In this document: positions 47,842 through 57,930 of the stretch, one piece after another
Position numbering within the stretch: position 1 is the stretch's first letter
Layout of the letters: each line of letters opens with the position of its first letter
Source of the DNA: Armatimonadota bacterium
GTDB lineage: Bacteria; Armatimonadota; UBA5829; DSUL01
Direction: 5' to 3'
Length of the DNA stretch: 64,000 nucleotides
Assembly (NCBI GenBank): GCA_039811685.1
Contig: JBDHZC010000005.1
Location: 128,001 to 192,000 of the forward strand
Notes under the pieces: model-generated
What the model was told of the DNA's origin: nothing
The model's database searches: none
The model's input: only the letters and a program-made list of their open reading frames with translations
Position numbers and translations under genes: made by a program

Positions 47842-49899
47842 TCAGGCAGCCTTTGGCTGGTTCGCGCCCGTGATGTCCTGAATGACGCGCAGGAAGTACC
47901 CGGAGTCCATGGGTTTTGACAGGATAGGCGGTTCAGGAGACAGGGCGTGGTCTCGCAGGAATCGCCGGACGGCTGTTTCGTACCCGGTGAGCACGACGAC
48001 GGGCAGGCTCTGGTACGAAGTATAGATCTCTTTGAGCACAGACTCGCTGGTAGGCGACTGTGGATCGTTGCCCAGCCGCCAGTCGAGGCAGATGGCTGAG
48101 GGCCTCACGTCTTTGAGGAAATCGAGCGCCTCCGAGCTTTTCGCCACCAGGCCCGTGCGGTAGCCCGCCTTGTTCAGCAGCCTGCAGACGTACGTTCCAA
48201 AGGTCACGTCGTCCTCCAGTACAAGCACCAGCGGCGACTGGTTGTCCGGCTCCGGTGTGTTGTCCTGTAGAACCTGGGGCGCCAGCGGAAGTCTGAGAGT
48301 TACAGTAGTTCCCAGATTCTTGCCAGCGCTTTCCACAGACGTTGTTCCGCCCATCATATTCGTAATGCTGCGTGTAAGCGCCAGCCCCAGTCCGGTCCCG
48401 TCGTACCGGCGGGTGGTGGACCCATCCATCTGCTGGAACTTGTCGAAAAGTCTGTGCTGGAGGTCTGGATCGATTCCGATGCCAGTGTCGCGGATACAGA
48501 TTCTGCACATCGGGCCGTCCTCATCAACGGACACCTCCACCGATCCGCGCGGTGTAAACCGGACTGCGTTGTCCAGGACGTTGTCCAGTATCTGGTCCAG
48601 ACGGCCACGGTCGCAGAGGATATCCGGACGGCTGGTCTGTGTGACGCGCATCTCCAGTCCCTTCTGCTCCGCCCGCTTCACAAATCGATCTACGGCTGTG
48701 CGTACGGCTTCAACTGCGCTGATCTTCTCCAGCGTCAACAGGGCGCTTCCGGCCTCGATTTCCGAAAGGTTGAGTACGTCGTTGATCAAGGCCAGCAGAT
48801 GTTCCGCGCTTGTGTAGGCGCTCTCTACGAACTCCTGTTGCTCTTCAGGAGTCTTGGCCAGCCCGTCCTTGATCAGGCCAAGAAAGCCGATTATGCCGTT
48901 GAGCGGGGTGCGCAGCTCATGCGACACAGTGCACATAAACTCTGACTTCAAACGATCCGCCGCCGTCAACTGCTTGTTGATCTCGTGCTGGCGGGCATTG
49001 GCGGCTTCCAGGTTGGCCGCTGTCTGGCTGACCTCCACAAAGCTCTGACCCTTGGCCAGTGACAGCGCAACGAGCTGTGAACAACATTCGAGAATGCCCA
49101 GGAACACTTCTGAGAGCACTGCGGAAGAGAACACCGCAAGCGCGCCGACGCTTTCGCCGCGGATCATCAGGGGAAAAGACGCAAACGACTGAACTGATCG
49201 CTGCTGCAACCAGCTACTGTTGAACAGCCAGCCCAGCGACTGAGGATCGCAAGCGCTCAAGCGATGACCTGAGTCCACAACGCCCAGCACTGGCGCGCCT
49301 CGCGAGTGTTCCAGAGAAGGTTTGTCGTCCTGCAGGCCGCGGCCTGCCACCAGTTTCAGTGGGATGCCGCGCGGTGTGCTCTGCTCGGCCAGCGCTGTAA
49401 CGGGCCCGAGCGCATCGCTGCAGCCTTCAGAAAGCCAGAGCTCGCAAGAGATGACAGCATAGGATTCCTGGCAATGTTTGAAGATGTCGTTTACTAACGA
49501 CAGGGGAGTCTCGGAAAGGGCTGTGGAGCGAACGATCTCTGTCAAGCGCTGCAACTCGAAAGCCATCTGCCGCGCTTCCGCCCGCTCAATGTCCATCTGC
49601 CGCTCGTTGGCGGCCAGTCGCTGATCGACGGCTTCGATGTACTCGACCATCGACACGGGAAGATCCATAGACTGAAAGCCGTTTCCGTTTGTCTGAGGTC
49701 CGCGGAACAGCGCTTCCAACGGTGTCAAACCGCGGATTTTCACAACACCGCCAATGCCAACTCCCAGAAGCACGCCTGCAAGTGATAGGATATAATGGCG
49801 CCCGGTGAAGGCGGCCAGCAAAACGAGCGCGCACAACACCAGCGCCCACAGGGCGGTGACGGTTTGGGGCTTTACAAACTGGGGCAGTCTCTGCTTCAT
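47842..49899 (-). CDS. Membrane hybrid histidine kinase (TM-GAF-HisKA-HATPase-REC)
   Basis: SHELRTPL, NAVRFT, DTGIG, GTGLGL; C-terminal REC with EDD / LD / KP. Confidence 0.92.
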   Translation of the reverse strand: MKQRLPQFVKPQTVTALWALVLCALVLLAAFTGRHYILSLAGVLLGVGIGGVVKIRGLTPLEALFRGPQTNGNGFQSMDLPVSMVEYIEAVDQRLAANERQMDIERAEARQMAFELQRLTEIVRSTALSETPLSLVNDIFKHCQESYAVISCELWLSEGCSDALGPVTALAEQSTPRGIPLKLVAGRGLQDDKPSLEHSRGAPVLGVVDSGHRLSACDPQSLGWLFNSSWLQQRSVQSFASFPLMIRGESVGALAVFSSAVLSEVFLGILECCSQLVALSLAKGQSFVEVSQTAANLEAANARQHEINKQLTAADRLKSEFMCTVSHELRTPLNGIIGFLGLIKDGLAKTPEEQQEFVESAYTSAEHLLALINDVLNLSEIEAGSALLTLEKISAVEAVRTAVDRFVKRAEQKGLEMRVTQTSRPDILCDRGRLDQILDNVLDNAVRFTPRGSVEVSVDEDGPMCRICIRDTGIGIDPDLQHRLFDKFQQMDGSTTRRYDGTGLGLALTRSITNMMGGTTSVESAGKNLGTTVTLRLPLAPQVLQDNTPEPDNQSPLVLVLEDDVTFGTYVCRLLNKAGYRTGLVAKSSEALDFLKDVRPSAICLDWRLGNDPQSPTSESVLKEIYTSYQSLPVVVLTGYETAVRRFLRDHALSPEPPILSKPMDSGYFLRVIQDITGANQPKAA

Positions 49900-50119
49900 C
49901 GTTAGTCTCTTGCGGACGTCTCCTGACGCTGGTGAGACCACTGCGTTCTGCAGACCTCTGTCGCGTGGGACAACGGCGAAGGCCGATCAGAGAAGGACTC
50001 TGGCTGGTCTCAGGCGCGGCGCTCTATCTGTCAGTACTATTCCACGTTCGGCCGCCGGATTTCACTAGTTGGAGGGTATGCTGGCGCCGGCGGATACATC
50101 TGAAAGGAGTTGCAGGCCC

Positions 50120-50596
50120 GTGGGAAAAATCGAGGAAGGGCAGAAGGCTCCGGACTTCTCCCTGGTCTGTGAGACTGGGGACTCTATCAGTCTGAGCGAC
50201 TATCGAGGGAAGAAAAACATTGTCCTCTACTTTTATCCAAAGGACGATACTCCAGGGTGTACAAAAGAAGCCTGCGCGTTTCGGGATGACTGGTCTGAGT
50301 ACGGTAAACTGGACACGCAGATTCTGGGAGTGAGCCGGGACGACGAGAAGTCTCACTTGAAGTTCAGTCAGAAGTTCACTCTGCCGTTTCCACTTCTCGC
50401 CGACACTTCCGGGCAGGTCGTGGCAGACTACGGAGTCTGGCAGGAGAAGAACATGTACGGGAAGAAGTCGATGGGAATTGTGCGCTCGACTTTTGTCATC
50501 GACAAAGAGGGAACAGTACGCAAAATCTATCCGCGCGTGAGCGTTGACGGCCACTCTCAGGCCATCCAGGAGTTCATCCGCGAGAACCTGACTTAG
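50120..50596 (+). CDS. bcp: Thioredoxin-dependent peroxiredoxin Bcp
   Basis: YFYPKDDTPGCTKEAC, RSTFVID. Confidence 0.93.
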   Translation: MGKIEEGQKAPDFSLVCETGDSISLSDYRGKKNIVLYFYPKDDTPGCTKEACAFRDDWSEYGKLDTQILGVSRDDEKSHLKFSQKFTLPFPLLADTSGQVVADYGVWQEKNMYGKKSMGIVRSTFVIDKEGTVRKIYPRVSVDGHSQAIQEFIRENLT

Positions 50597-50653
50597 CTCG
50601 GCGCTTTGAAGAGCAGGCTACAGTCTTGAAAGTTGAGACAGCAAGCAGAATAC

Positions 50654-52606
50654 ATGCCTGATAATGGGACCCTTGGGATAAACCGCGCCAGACTGACCAG
50701 CGAGACTACGCGCCTTGAAAAGGCTCTGGCGGTCATAGGCGTACTGATAATCGCAGCCCTGGTTTATGGAGTCGTAACCGGCGCCTACGAGACATTTGTT
50801 TTTCTTATCTCGCTCGTTCTGCTGGTGGGAATCTCATGGCTGTGGAGTGTTGCGGTTGACCGCATGTTTCACCGTTTGCGCGACTGGAACCGCAGCCAGA
50901 AGCCCAAACCTGTAGCGGATGACAGCGCGCGCAAAGAGGCGGCGGTGCGCATCGTCCAGTTGCGTCCGGTTACCGACGGACCGGCCAGTTTGAGTCTGGC
51001 TTCACTCATCCGTTCCGGCCATCTGCCCCTTGTGAGCGTCTCCACTGAGAGCGCTGACCCCGCAGAGCGTATTGAAGCTCTGAAGCTTGAGGCGGCTGAG
51101 GCGCTAAAGGCGCTGGCGAAGGAAATGGAAAATGCCGGCAGAGGAGAGGCCAAAGCGGTCTATGCAGCCGCGCGCCAATATGATCCTTTCGATCCGGAGC
51201 TGGAAGAGAAGGCGCCCTCGCAAGTCCAGGAAATCGGACCTGATGAGTTGTCCAGAGTGCTGGCTCTTCTGAGACGCTCCGACGTTGACGAGGCTCTTCC
51301 CGCGCTGGAAGAGCTCTCCAACAGCAGCTCTTCGGGGGCTTTGCTTTACTCTCTCGCGCTGTGCAACGGGGCGGCCGGGCGCCATGGCAGGGCGGCAGAA
51401 ATGCTCCTGAAAGCGGCAGAGCAGGGCGCTGAGTCCGCAGAGCTTCGTGAGGCTCTCGGTATCTTGTATCTCCAGGGCGCTGATACTGATCGCGCCATAA
51501 AACAGCTTCGGGCGTCCGTTGCCATGGATGACGCACTCGCTGGATCTCATGCTGCCCTGGGAGCCGCTTTTCTGGAAACGGGCAATACGCAGGAGGCCCG
51601 ACAGGAACTGGAAGAGGCGCTGTCTCTGGATCCAGACTTTTCACCGGCGCGCATGGCGCTTGGCCGGCTGCTCTACGAAAAACGCGACTTTGCGGGAGCA
51701 TCCCGTGAGTTCGCCCGCGTTGTGACTTCAGATCCGGACAACGTCAACCTGCTCTTCAACACCGCCGCAGCTGAAGTGGCTGCTGGACGGTATTCTGAGG
51801 CGATAGCGCGGCTCAGTCCGATAGCGGATGAGGTTCAGGATTCGCAGATTGTGCAGTTGCTGGCGGAAGCGCACGAGAAAAGTGGAAATAAGGTGCTGTC
51901 GCAGCGTTATTACGCCCGCAGTGCCGAGCTTACACCCGCATCTGCTGCGCAGTCGCCGCGTCTCAAGCTGGCGGCGTCATTTCGTGAGGAAGGGCGTCTG
52001 GATGAGGCGCGCCTCGAAGCAGAAGCGGCTGTTCAGGACAACCCCCGGTCTGCAGAAGCTCTTACAGAGTTGGGACTCGTTCAGGAAGCGCAGGGAGATG
52101 CGGACGCGGCTCTCAATACCTTTCGCTCAGCCTATCAGATTGACCGCTCTTCCGCCGTTGCGGGCACGCAGCTTGGGCGCTTTATGGTGGAAGCTGGCCG
52201 GCTGAAAGACGCCGCGGGATATCTGAAGTCTGCGGCCGCTTCGAGCGGAGCCAGCGCCGACACACACTACTGGCTGGGTGAAATGCATTTGCGATCCGGC
52301 AAACCGCTGCTGGCCATTAACGCCTTGCGGGAGGCAGCGCGTCTGGCGTCGCGCCCACGCGGTGACATCAGTTCTGCGCTTGGCAAAGCTCTTCTGGATG
52401 CAGGGCGAGCGCAGGACGCTTCCGAAGAGCTCCGTCGGGCTCGCAAACTCAGCGACCAACCGGAAGTGCTCCGGGATCTGGGGTATGCCTATCACCGCAC
52501 ACGCAACTACCAGGACGCCGTCCGGTCGCTGCGGGATTATCTGCAGGAGCGGCCAGACGCCGCCGACGCCGCCGAAGTTCGAGAGCTCATCCAGAAGCTG
52601 TCGTAA
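50654..52606 (+). CDS. Membrane-anchored TPR repeat protein
   Basis: Two N-terminal TM helices and many TPR-like LG...G...A...A...P units; start uncertain. Confidence 0.85.
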   Translation: MPDNGTLGINRARLTSETTRLEKALAVIGVLIIAALVYGVVTGAYETFVFLISLVLLVGISWLWSVAVDRMFHRLRDWNRSQKPKPVADDSARKEAAVRIVQLRPVTDGPASLSLASLIRSGHLPLVSVSTESADPAERIEALKLEAAEALKALAKEMENAGRGEAKAVYAAARQYDPFDPELEEKAPSQVQEIGPDELSRVLALLRRSDVDEALPALEELSNSSSSGALLYSLALCNGAAGRHGRAAEMLLKAAEQGAESAELREALGILYLQGADTDRAIKQLRASVAMDDALAGSHAALGAAFLETGNTQEARQELEEALSLDPDFSPARMALGRLLYEKRDFAGASREFARVVTSDPDNVNLLFNTAAAEVAAGRYSEAIARLSPIADEVQDSQIVQLLAEAHEKSGNKVLSQRYYARSAELTPASAAQSPRLKLAASFREEGRLDEARLEAEAAVQDNPRSAEALTELGLVQEAQGDADAALNTFRSAYQIDRSSAVAGTQLGRFMVEAGRLKDAAGYLKSAAASSGASADTHYWLGEMHLRSGKPLLAINALREAARLASRPRGDISSALGKALLDAGRAQDASEELRRARKLSDQPEVLRDLGYAYHRTRNYQDAVRSLRDYLQERPDAADAAEVRELIQKLS

Positions 52607-52611
52607 CCGCG

Positions 52612-52640
52612 TTGACAGTGCCCGATGGCGTGCCTATAAT
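52612..52640 (+). promoter_or_regulatory. Consensus sigma-70 promoter of gltA
   Basis: TTGACA-N17-TATAAT exact match. Confidence 0.85.
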
Positions 52641-52800
52641 CCACGCTGGAATCGGTCGCGCTGCGGCGTAGCGGCGAAGCCGGCGACCGGCGCCAGATCC
52701 TCGCCTGAAACTGAAGTCTTCGGGCAACACTCGCCGCGTCAGTTTAACCGCCGTCTGTCTGGAGGGTGGCAGACAATCCTCTCAGCAAGGGAGATCACCA

Positions 52801-54066
52801 GTGAGTACAGCCAAACTCATTCTCGACGGACAGGAATTTGAGCTGCCTGTCGTTGTCGGGAGCGAGGGTGAGGTCGGTATCGACATCACTTCTCTACGCA
52901 GCAAGACCGGCGCCATCAGCCTGGATCCTGGGTACGGCAACACGGGCGCTTGCCGCAGCTCAATCACCTATATAGACGGCGAAAAAGGCATTCTCAGATA
53001 TCGCGGGTACCCGATTGAGGAGCTTGTCAACAGCTCTTTGAGCTTCGTGGATGTGTCTTATCTCCTCATCTACGGCGAAATGCCTGACGCTCAGCAAAAG
53101 GCCGAATTCTCATACCTCATGACCAGAAACAGCACCATCCATGAGGGAATGAAGAATTTCTTTGACCACTACCCTCCTGGCACCCACCCGATGGCCATTC
53201 TGTCCGCCATGATGGCGTCTATGTCGGGTTACTACCCGACGGAGGATGATGAGGGCAACATTGTCCGCATCCTTGCCAAAGCCAAGACGATTGCGGCCTA
53301 CGCCTACAAGAAGTCCATCGGTGAGCCGTTTATGTACCCTGTTCCCAAGAACAGCTACGCAGCCAACATCCTCTACATGATGTTTGCTCACCCCCGCGAG
53401 GAGTACGAAGTCCCTGAAGTACTGGAGAAGGCGCTCCGGATGCTGCTTATTCTCCACGGCGACCATGAACAGAACTGCTCCACGTCCACTGTGCGGATGG
53501 TCGGCTCCAGCGGCACTAATCTTTTCGCCTCAATATCGGCCGCCATTATGGCTTTGTGGGGTCCGCTGCACGGTGGCGCCAACCAGCAGGTCATCGAAAT
53601 GCTCGAGCACATTCGGGACAATGGTGGCGACTACAGGGAGTATGTGGACAAGGCAAAAGATAAAGACGACCCGTTCCGTCTGATGGGCTTCGGGCACAGG
53701 GTGTACAAGAACTTTGACCCGCGAGCGCAAATTCTGAAGAAGCAGTGCGACGACGTGCTGGACTATCTCGGCATCCAGGACCCCCTGCTGGATATCGCCA
53801 AGCATCTCGAGGATGTTGCGCTCCACGACAGCTATTTCATCGAGAAAAAGCTCTATCCGAATGTGGACTTCTACAGCGGGATTATCTACAAAGCCCTTGG
53901 GATACCGACGGACATGTTCACTGTGATGTTTGCCCTGGGCCGGATGCCCGGCTGGCTGGCGCATTTCCGCGAGATGAAGCACGACCACGACACGCGCATC
54001 AACCGTCCGCGACAGATTTACATCGGCGCCGGCGAGCGGCACGTGAGTGAGGATCTGGCGGGATAA
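52801..54066 (+). CDS. gltA: Citrate synthase (type II-like)
   Basis: DPGYGNT, LRYRGY, DHEQNCST, GPLHGGAN, GFGHRVYK, YPNVDFYSG. Confidence 0.97.
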   Translation: MSTAKLILDGQEFELPVVVGSEGEVGIDITSLRSKTGAISLDPGYGNTGACRSSITYIDGEKGILRYRGYPIEELVNSSLSFVDVSYLLIYGEMPDAQQKAEFSYLMTRNSTIHEGMKNFFDHYPPGTHPMAILSAMMASMSGYYPTEDDEGNIVRILAKAKTIAAYAYKKSIGEPFMYPVPKNSYAANILYMMFAHPREEYEVPEVLEKALRMLLILHGDHEQNCSTSTVRMVGSSGTNLFASISAAIMALWGPLHGGANQQVIEMLEHIRDNGGDYREYVDKAKDKDDPFRLMGFGHRVYKNFDPRAQILKKQCDDVLDYLGIQDPLLDIAKHLEDVALHDSYFIEKKLYPNVDFYSGIIYKALGIPTDMFTVMFALGRMPGWLAHFREMKHDHDTRINRPRQIYIGAGERHVSEDLAG

Positions 54067-54096
54067 GCAGCGCCTTGACGGGTGTCGCGGATGCGG

Positions 54097-54723
54097 CTAC
54101 TTCCGGGACACCCACTCCACTGAGCGCCGAGGATAGAACCGCCACGGCTTGTCAGCGGATGAGGTGATGCCCACGCGCGTCGTTTCGACCAGCGGGCCGG
54201 GGTCCCACCCGTCATCCAGTAGCTGAAGTGGGCCCACGTCCAGCGGGTGGGAGTTCAAAGCGCCCGTGATCCCCATCGCCTGACACAGCTTGCCGGGACC
54301 ACTTAGCAATTCGTGCTTCCCCTGCCGCCTGCGTCTCTCAGCCATTGTTTCCAGTCCTTGAAGAGGCTCAATCGCCCGGATCAGGACCGCCTCCCCAACG
54401 CCCTCCGGTGCGCTGACGAAGTTCAGACACCAGTGATTGCCGTAGATGTAGTAGACGTAGACTCTGCCCGGTGGCCCGAACATAGGCGCATTGCGGGGGG
54501 TCTGGCCTCGGTAGGAATGTGAAGCCGCATCGTCCTGCACATAGGCCTCGACCTCGACGATGCGGCCGGCCGTTCTCCAGTTACCGATGTCCGACACAAG
54601 CAGCTTACCCGGCAAGGCTCGCGCAACCGCCAGTGTATCCTGTTGCCAGAAACGCTCCGGCAACGTCTCAGGGCGCGAGCAAATCTGTGCCTGCGGGTTC
54701 ACTTTGGCCGGGCGCTCTTCCAC
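54097..54723 (-). CDS. mpg: 3-methyladenine DNA glycosylase, Mpg/AAG family
   Basis: GRIVEVEAY, YVY.IYG, AVLIRA, GPGKLC, RVGI, WRFY. Confidence 0.9.
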   Translation of the reverse strand: MEERPAKVNPQAQICSRPETLPERFWQQDTLAVARALPGKLLVSDIGNWRTAGRIVEVEAYVQDDAASHSYRGQTPRNAPMFGPPGRVYVYYIYGNHWCLNFVSAPEGVGEAVLIRAIEPLQGLETMAERRRRQGKHELLSGPGKLCQAMGITGALNSHPLDVGPLQLLDDGWDPGPLVETTRVGITSSADKPWRFYPRRSVEWVSRK

Positions 54724-56417
54724 GCACGAATCGCTTCCCAGCTCATGGTGTTCACAACGTCATCCTTCGTCAGCCACGCGCGCCGCGCCACGCCAATGCC
54801 GTGTTCAATTGCGCCGAAGCCGTTTGGGCGATGGCTGTCTGTCGAAATGACAATCTTCACGCCGGCGTCTCTTGCGCGCCGGGCATTCGGACCCGACAAA
54901 TCAAGCCGGTCAACGGAGGAGTTGATCTCCATTGCTTTGGAGTGCTCTACAGCCGCCGATATCACCGTGTCCAGATTGAGCGCATAGGGCTCGCGCATGG
55001 CTATCAGGCGTCCGGTCGGATGCGACAGTACGTCAACATAAGGCGATTCAATGGCTCGGATGGCGCGGGTAGTTGTCTGCTCCTCCGAGAGCTCAAAGCC
55101 TGTATGGATGCTTGCGTTCACCCATTCCAGCTTCGCCAGCGCGTTGTCAGGCAGGTCCAGCGCTCCGTCCTGCCTGATGTCCACCTCCGTGCCCTTCAGC
55201 AGCCGGAAGCCACGGCTTGAGCGGTTGACCTCATCAATAATCCTGCCCTGCTCCTCCAGGCGCTCTGGCGTAAGTCCCCTGGCTACGGTCAGCGCCTGGG
55301 AGTGGTCTGTTATAGCCAGGTACTCATAGCCTCTGGCGCGCGCCGCCTCTGCCATTTCCAGAGCCGTTCCGTGTCCGTCTGAGGCATCTGTGTGGCAGTG
55401 CAGATCGCCCAGCAGGTCCTCAACTGTAATCAACTCCGGAAGTCTGCCCTGAATCGCCGCGTCAATCTCTTCATCTCCGTTCCGGATTTCGGCTGGAATG
55501 TGAGGCAGATCGAGAAGACTGTAGAACGTTTCTTCGTCCGGGGCTTCCAGAGGCGTCCCATCTGAGCGGAGAAGCCGAGTGCCCGCGTATTTCAGGCCGC
55601 GCTGCGCCGCCATCTCTTCCAGACGTTGCAGGTGCCGCTCAGAGCCAGTCGCCCTCACAACGGCGCCTCCGGCGAACGCTGGCTCTTCCGCGTAGCAGGC
55701 GATTGGCCCGAGGTCGCTCTTGGCCTGCGCCATGAACGGCAAAACGACTTTGGCGTCTCCCTTTGGGAAGCCGCCTACAAAAGCGTCCAGAGCGCCGGAA
55801 GGGTTGTGCGCTGACGCCACCGCGACAATCTCGCTGCAAAACTCTTCATAGCGCCGCCTGTCTCCTGCCTCATAGACTGCCAGGACACCAGAGATATGCG
55901 CAAGCTGACCAGCGAGAGATTCCGTAGCCGCCAATGCGCGAGCAAAAGGCAGGCCGTTCGGACGCGCTTCCACCTGCGCGATTCCTTCAAGAATGCGTTC
56001 CTGCGCTCGGGGTCCCATTCTGGGGAGAGCTTGCACGCGCCCGTTCTCCGCAGCTTCTTTCAACTCCGCCAGATTGGTTACGTGCAGGCCTTCAAACAGC
56101 AGACGCACGGTTCTCGGTCCGACGCCAGGCAACTCGAGAAGCTCAATGAGAGTGGGAGGAAGCTTGGCCCGCAGTCTTTCATACAGTTCGCATGTGCCGG
56201 TTGCGAGAATCTCCCGCGTCTTAGATTCAATGGCTTCGCCAACGCCTGGGACATTTCGCAGCTCATCGCGCTCGACCAGCTCTTCAAGATTGTCCGTCAA
56301 TGACCGCATCGTGTCCGCCGCATAGCGATAAGCGTGGATTTTGAAGGGACTGTCGCCGTCAATCTCCATCAGATCGGCGATATTCTCGAAAACAGAGGCT
56401 ACCTGGTAGTTTTTCAT
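54699..56417 (-). CDS. polX: PolX-PHP protein with degenerate polymerase site
   Basis: N-terminal HhH domains, TGS..H, PHP motifs DLHCHT / TDHS / E / H / DSH; expected GDxD replaced by SEIV. Confidence 0.88.
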   Translation of the reverse strand: MKNYQVASVFENIADLMEIDGDSPFKIHAYRYAADTMRSLTDNLEELVERDELRNVPGVGEAIESKTREILATGTCELYERLRAKLPPTLIELLELPGVGPRTVRLLFEGLHVTNLAELKEAAENGRVQALPRMGPRAQERILEGIAQVEARPNGLPFARALAATESLAGQLAHISGVLAVYEAGDRRRYEEFCSEIVAVASAHNPSGALDAFVGGFPKGDAKVVLPFMAQAKSDLGPIACYAEEPAFAGGAVVRATGSERHLQRLEEMAAQRGLKYAGTRLLRSDGTPLEAPDEETFYSLLDLPHIPAEIRNGDEEIDAAIQGRLPELITVEDLLGDLHCHTDASDGHGTALEMAEAARARGYEYLAITDHSQALTVARGLTPERLEEQGRIIDEVNRSSRGFRLLKGTEVDIRQDGALDLPDNALAKLEWVNASIHTGFELSEEQTTTRAIRAIESPYVDVLSHPTGRLIAMREPYALNLDTVISAAVEHSKAMEINSSVDRLDLSGPNARRARDAGVKIVISTDSHRPNGFGAIEHGIGVARRAWLTKDDVVNTMSWEAIRAWKSARPK

Positions 56418-56795
56418 CGTGTATTATCCATACAGCGGCCGTTGTGGCTCGCTACTTGGATGATACCCCAGGGACGCATTCAGAGGGCTCAGATACAGCA
56501 GAAGCTCCGGACCTTGCTATCCGGAGCTTCTGAGAGAAAGGAGAGTGGGAAGCTTTCTGTCTTCTAATACGGTTGCCACGCCGTAACAGTTCCCTTTCCC
56601 TTTTGTTTTTCTGACAAACGATTTGAGTGCGTCTGCAAGGCCGTCTCAGACTAACACCGCACACCCGCGGGAACCGTTTTCAGTGGCTCGTCTGGCACAG
56701 GCCGGGTGGGCTGCCCCCGTTTGGTGCAGGATTCACGCCAACCAGAATCGAACACCCAGGTGTACCATCACACTTGAGGTCGGGCACACATCGCA

Positions 56796-57827
56796 TTGGG
56801 AAAATCGTTTGGTTTTGGCCTGATTGGCGCGGGAATGATCAGTCAGATGCACGCCGAAGTTGTGAACCGGCTTCCAAATGCGCATCTGGCCGCAGTCACC
56901 GCTGTGCCGTTTGAAGCCGCCCGGAGCTTTGCAACGCGAAATGGCGGAGATGCGTGCCAGGACGTGCGGGCGCTTCTTTCACATCCTGACGTAGAGGTCG
57001 TCGTGCTCGGCACTCCGTCAGGACTGCATCCTGAGCAGGCTGTGGCCGCAGCGCAGGCCGGAAAGCACGTTCTCATAGAGAAGCCGATAGGCGTCTCACT
57101 CGCTGGCGCGGATGCGGCGATTGCAGCGGCCAAACAGGCGGGCGTGAAGCTGGGCGTAGTTTCCCAGCGGCGCTTTGACCCTCCCTGCCGCGCCATCAAA
57201 CAGGCTTTGGAGCGGGGTGAGTTTGGGCGCTGCGTTCTCATAAACGGGTTTGTGAAGTATTACCGCGAGCCCTCATATTACAGCTCGAGCAACTGGCGCG
57301 GCACATGGGCGCTTGACGGCGGTGGAGCGCTCATCAACCAGGGCATCCATACGGTGGACCTCGTGCGGTGGATGGGTGGGCCGGTCAAGAGCGTTACTGG
57401 TTTTGCGCGCACACTCAGTCACGATATCGAAGTCGAGGACACAGCCAGCGCAGCCATCGAATTCGAGAGTGGCGCCCTCGGGTGTATCCAGTCCACAACC
57501 AGCGCCAGCCCTGGCCTGCATATCAGCGTCGAGGTGCTCGGGGACAAAGGCTCCGCAATTCTCAAGGACTCCGATATTGTGTTCTGGAAGACTGAGACTT
57601 CCGACTGCGCTCCGTCACAGGAGGGGCCCAAGACAGGGTCCGGGTCCAGAGACCCGATGGCGTTTTCCGCCTCGGGGCATGCGGCGCAGTTTGAGGATTT
57701 TCTCAAAGCCATTGCCGAGAATCGCGAGCCGCTGGTCACCGGGCAGGACGGACGCGACACTCTGGAGCTTGTGCTGGCTGTCTATGAAGCCAGCCGATCG
57801 GGCAGGGTAGTGCATCTTCCGTTATAG
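56796..57827 (+). CDS. Gfo/Idh/MocA-family oxidoreductase
   Basis: IGAGMI, TPSGLH, EKP, GGGALINQGIH. Confidence 0.9.
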   Translation: MGKSFGFGLIGAGMISQMHAEVVNRLPNAHLAAVTAVPFEAARSFATRNGGDACQDVRALLSHPDVEVVVLGTPSGLHPEQAVAAAQAGKHVLIEKPIGVSLAGADAAIAAAKQAGVKLGVVSQRRFDPPCRAIKQALERGEFGRCVLINGFVKYYREPSYYSSSNWRGTWALDGGGALINQGIHTVDLVRWMGGPVKSVTGFARTLSHDIEVEDTASAAIEFESGALGCIQSTTSASPGLHISVEVLGDKGSAILKDSDIVFWKTETSDCAPSQEGPKTGSGSRDPMAFSASGHAAQFEDFLKAIAENREPLVTGQDGRDTLELVLAVYEASRSGRVVHLPL

Positions 57828-57930
57828 TCCTGTTCCGTGCGCACTGTTGCGCAATCCCGGACAAACCGCGATAATCTACTGGTTTGGACGGCCTGGCGGC
57901 GAGACGTCCAAACGGCTTCATCTGTTCAGA

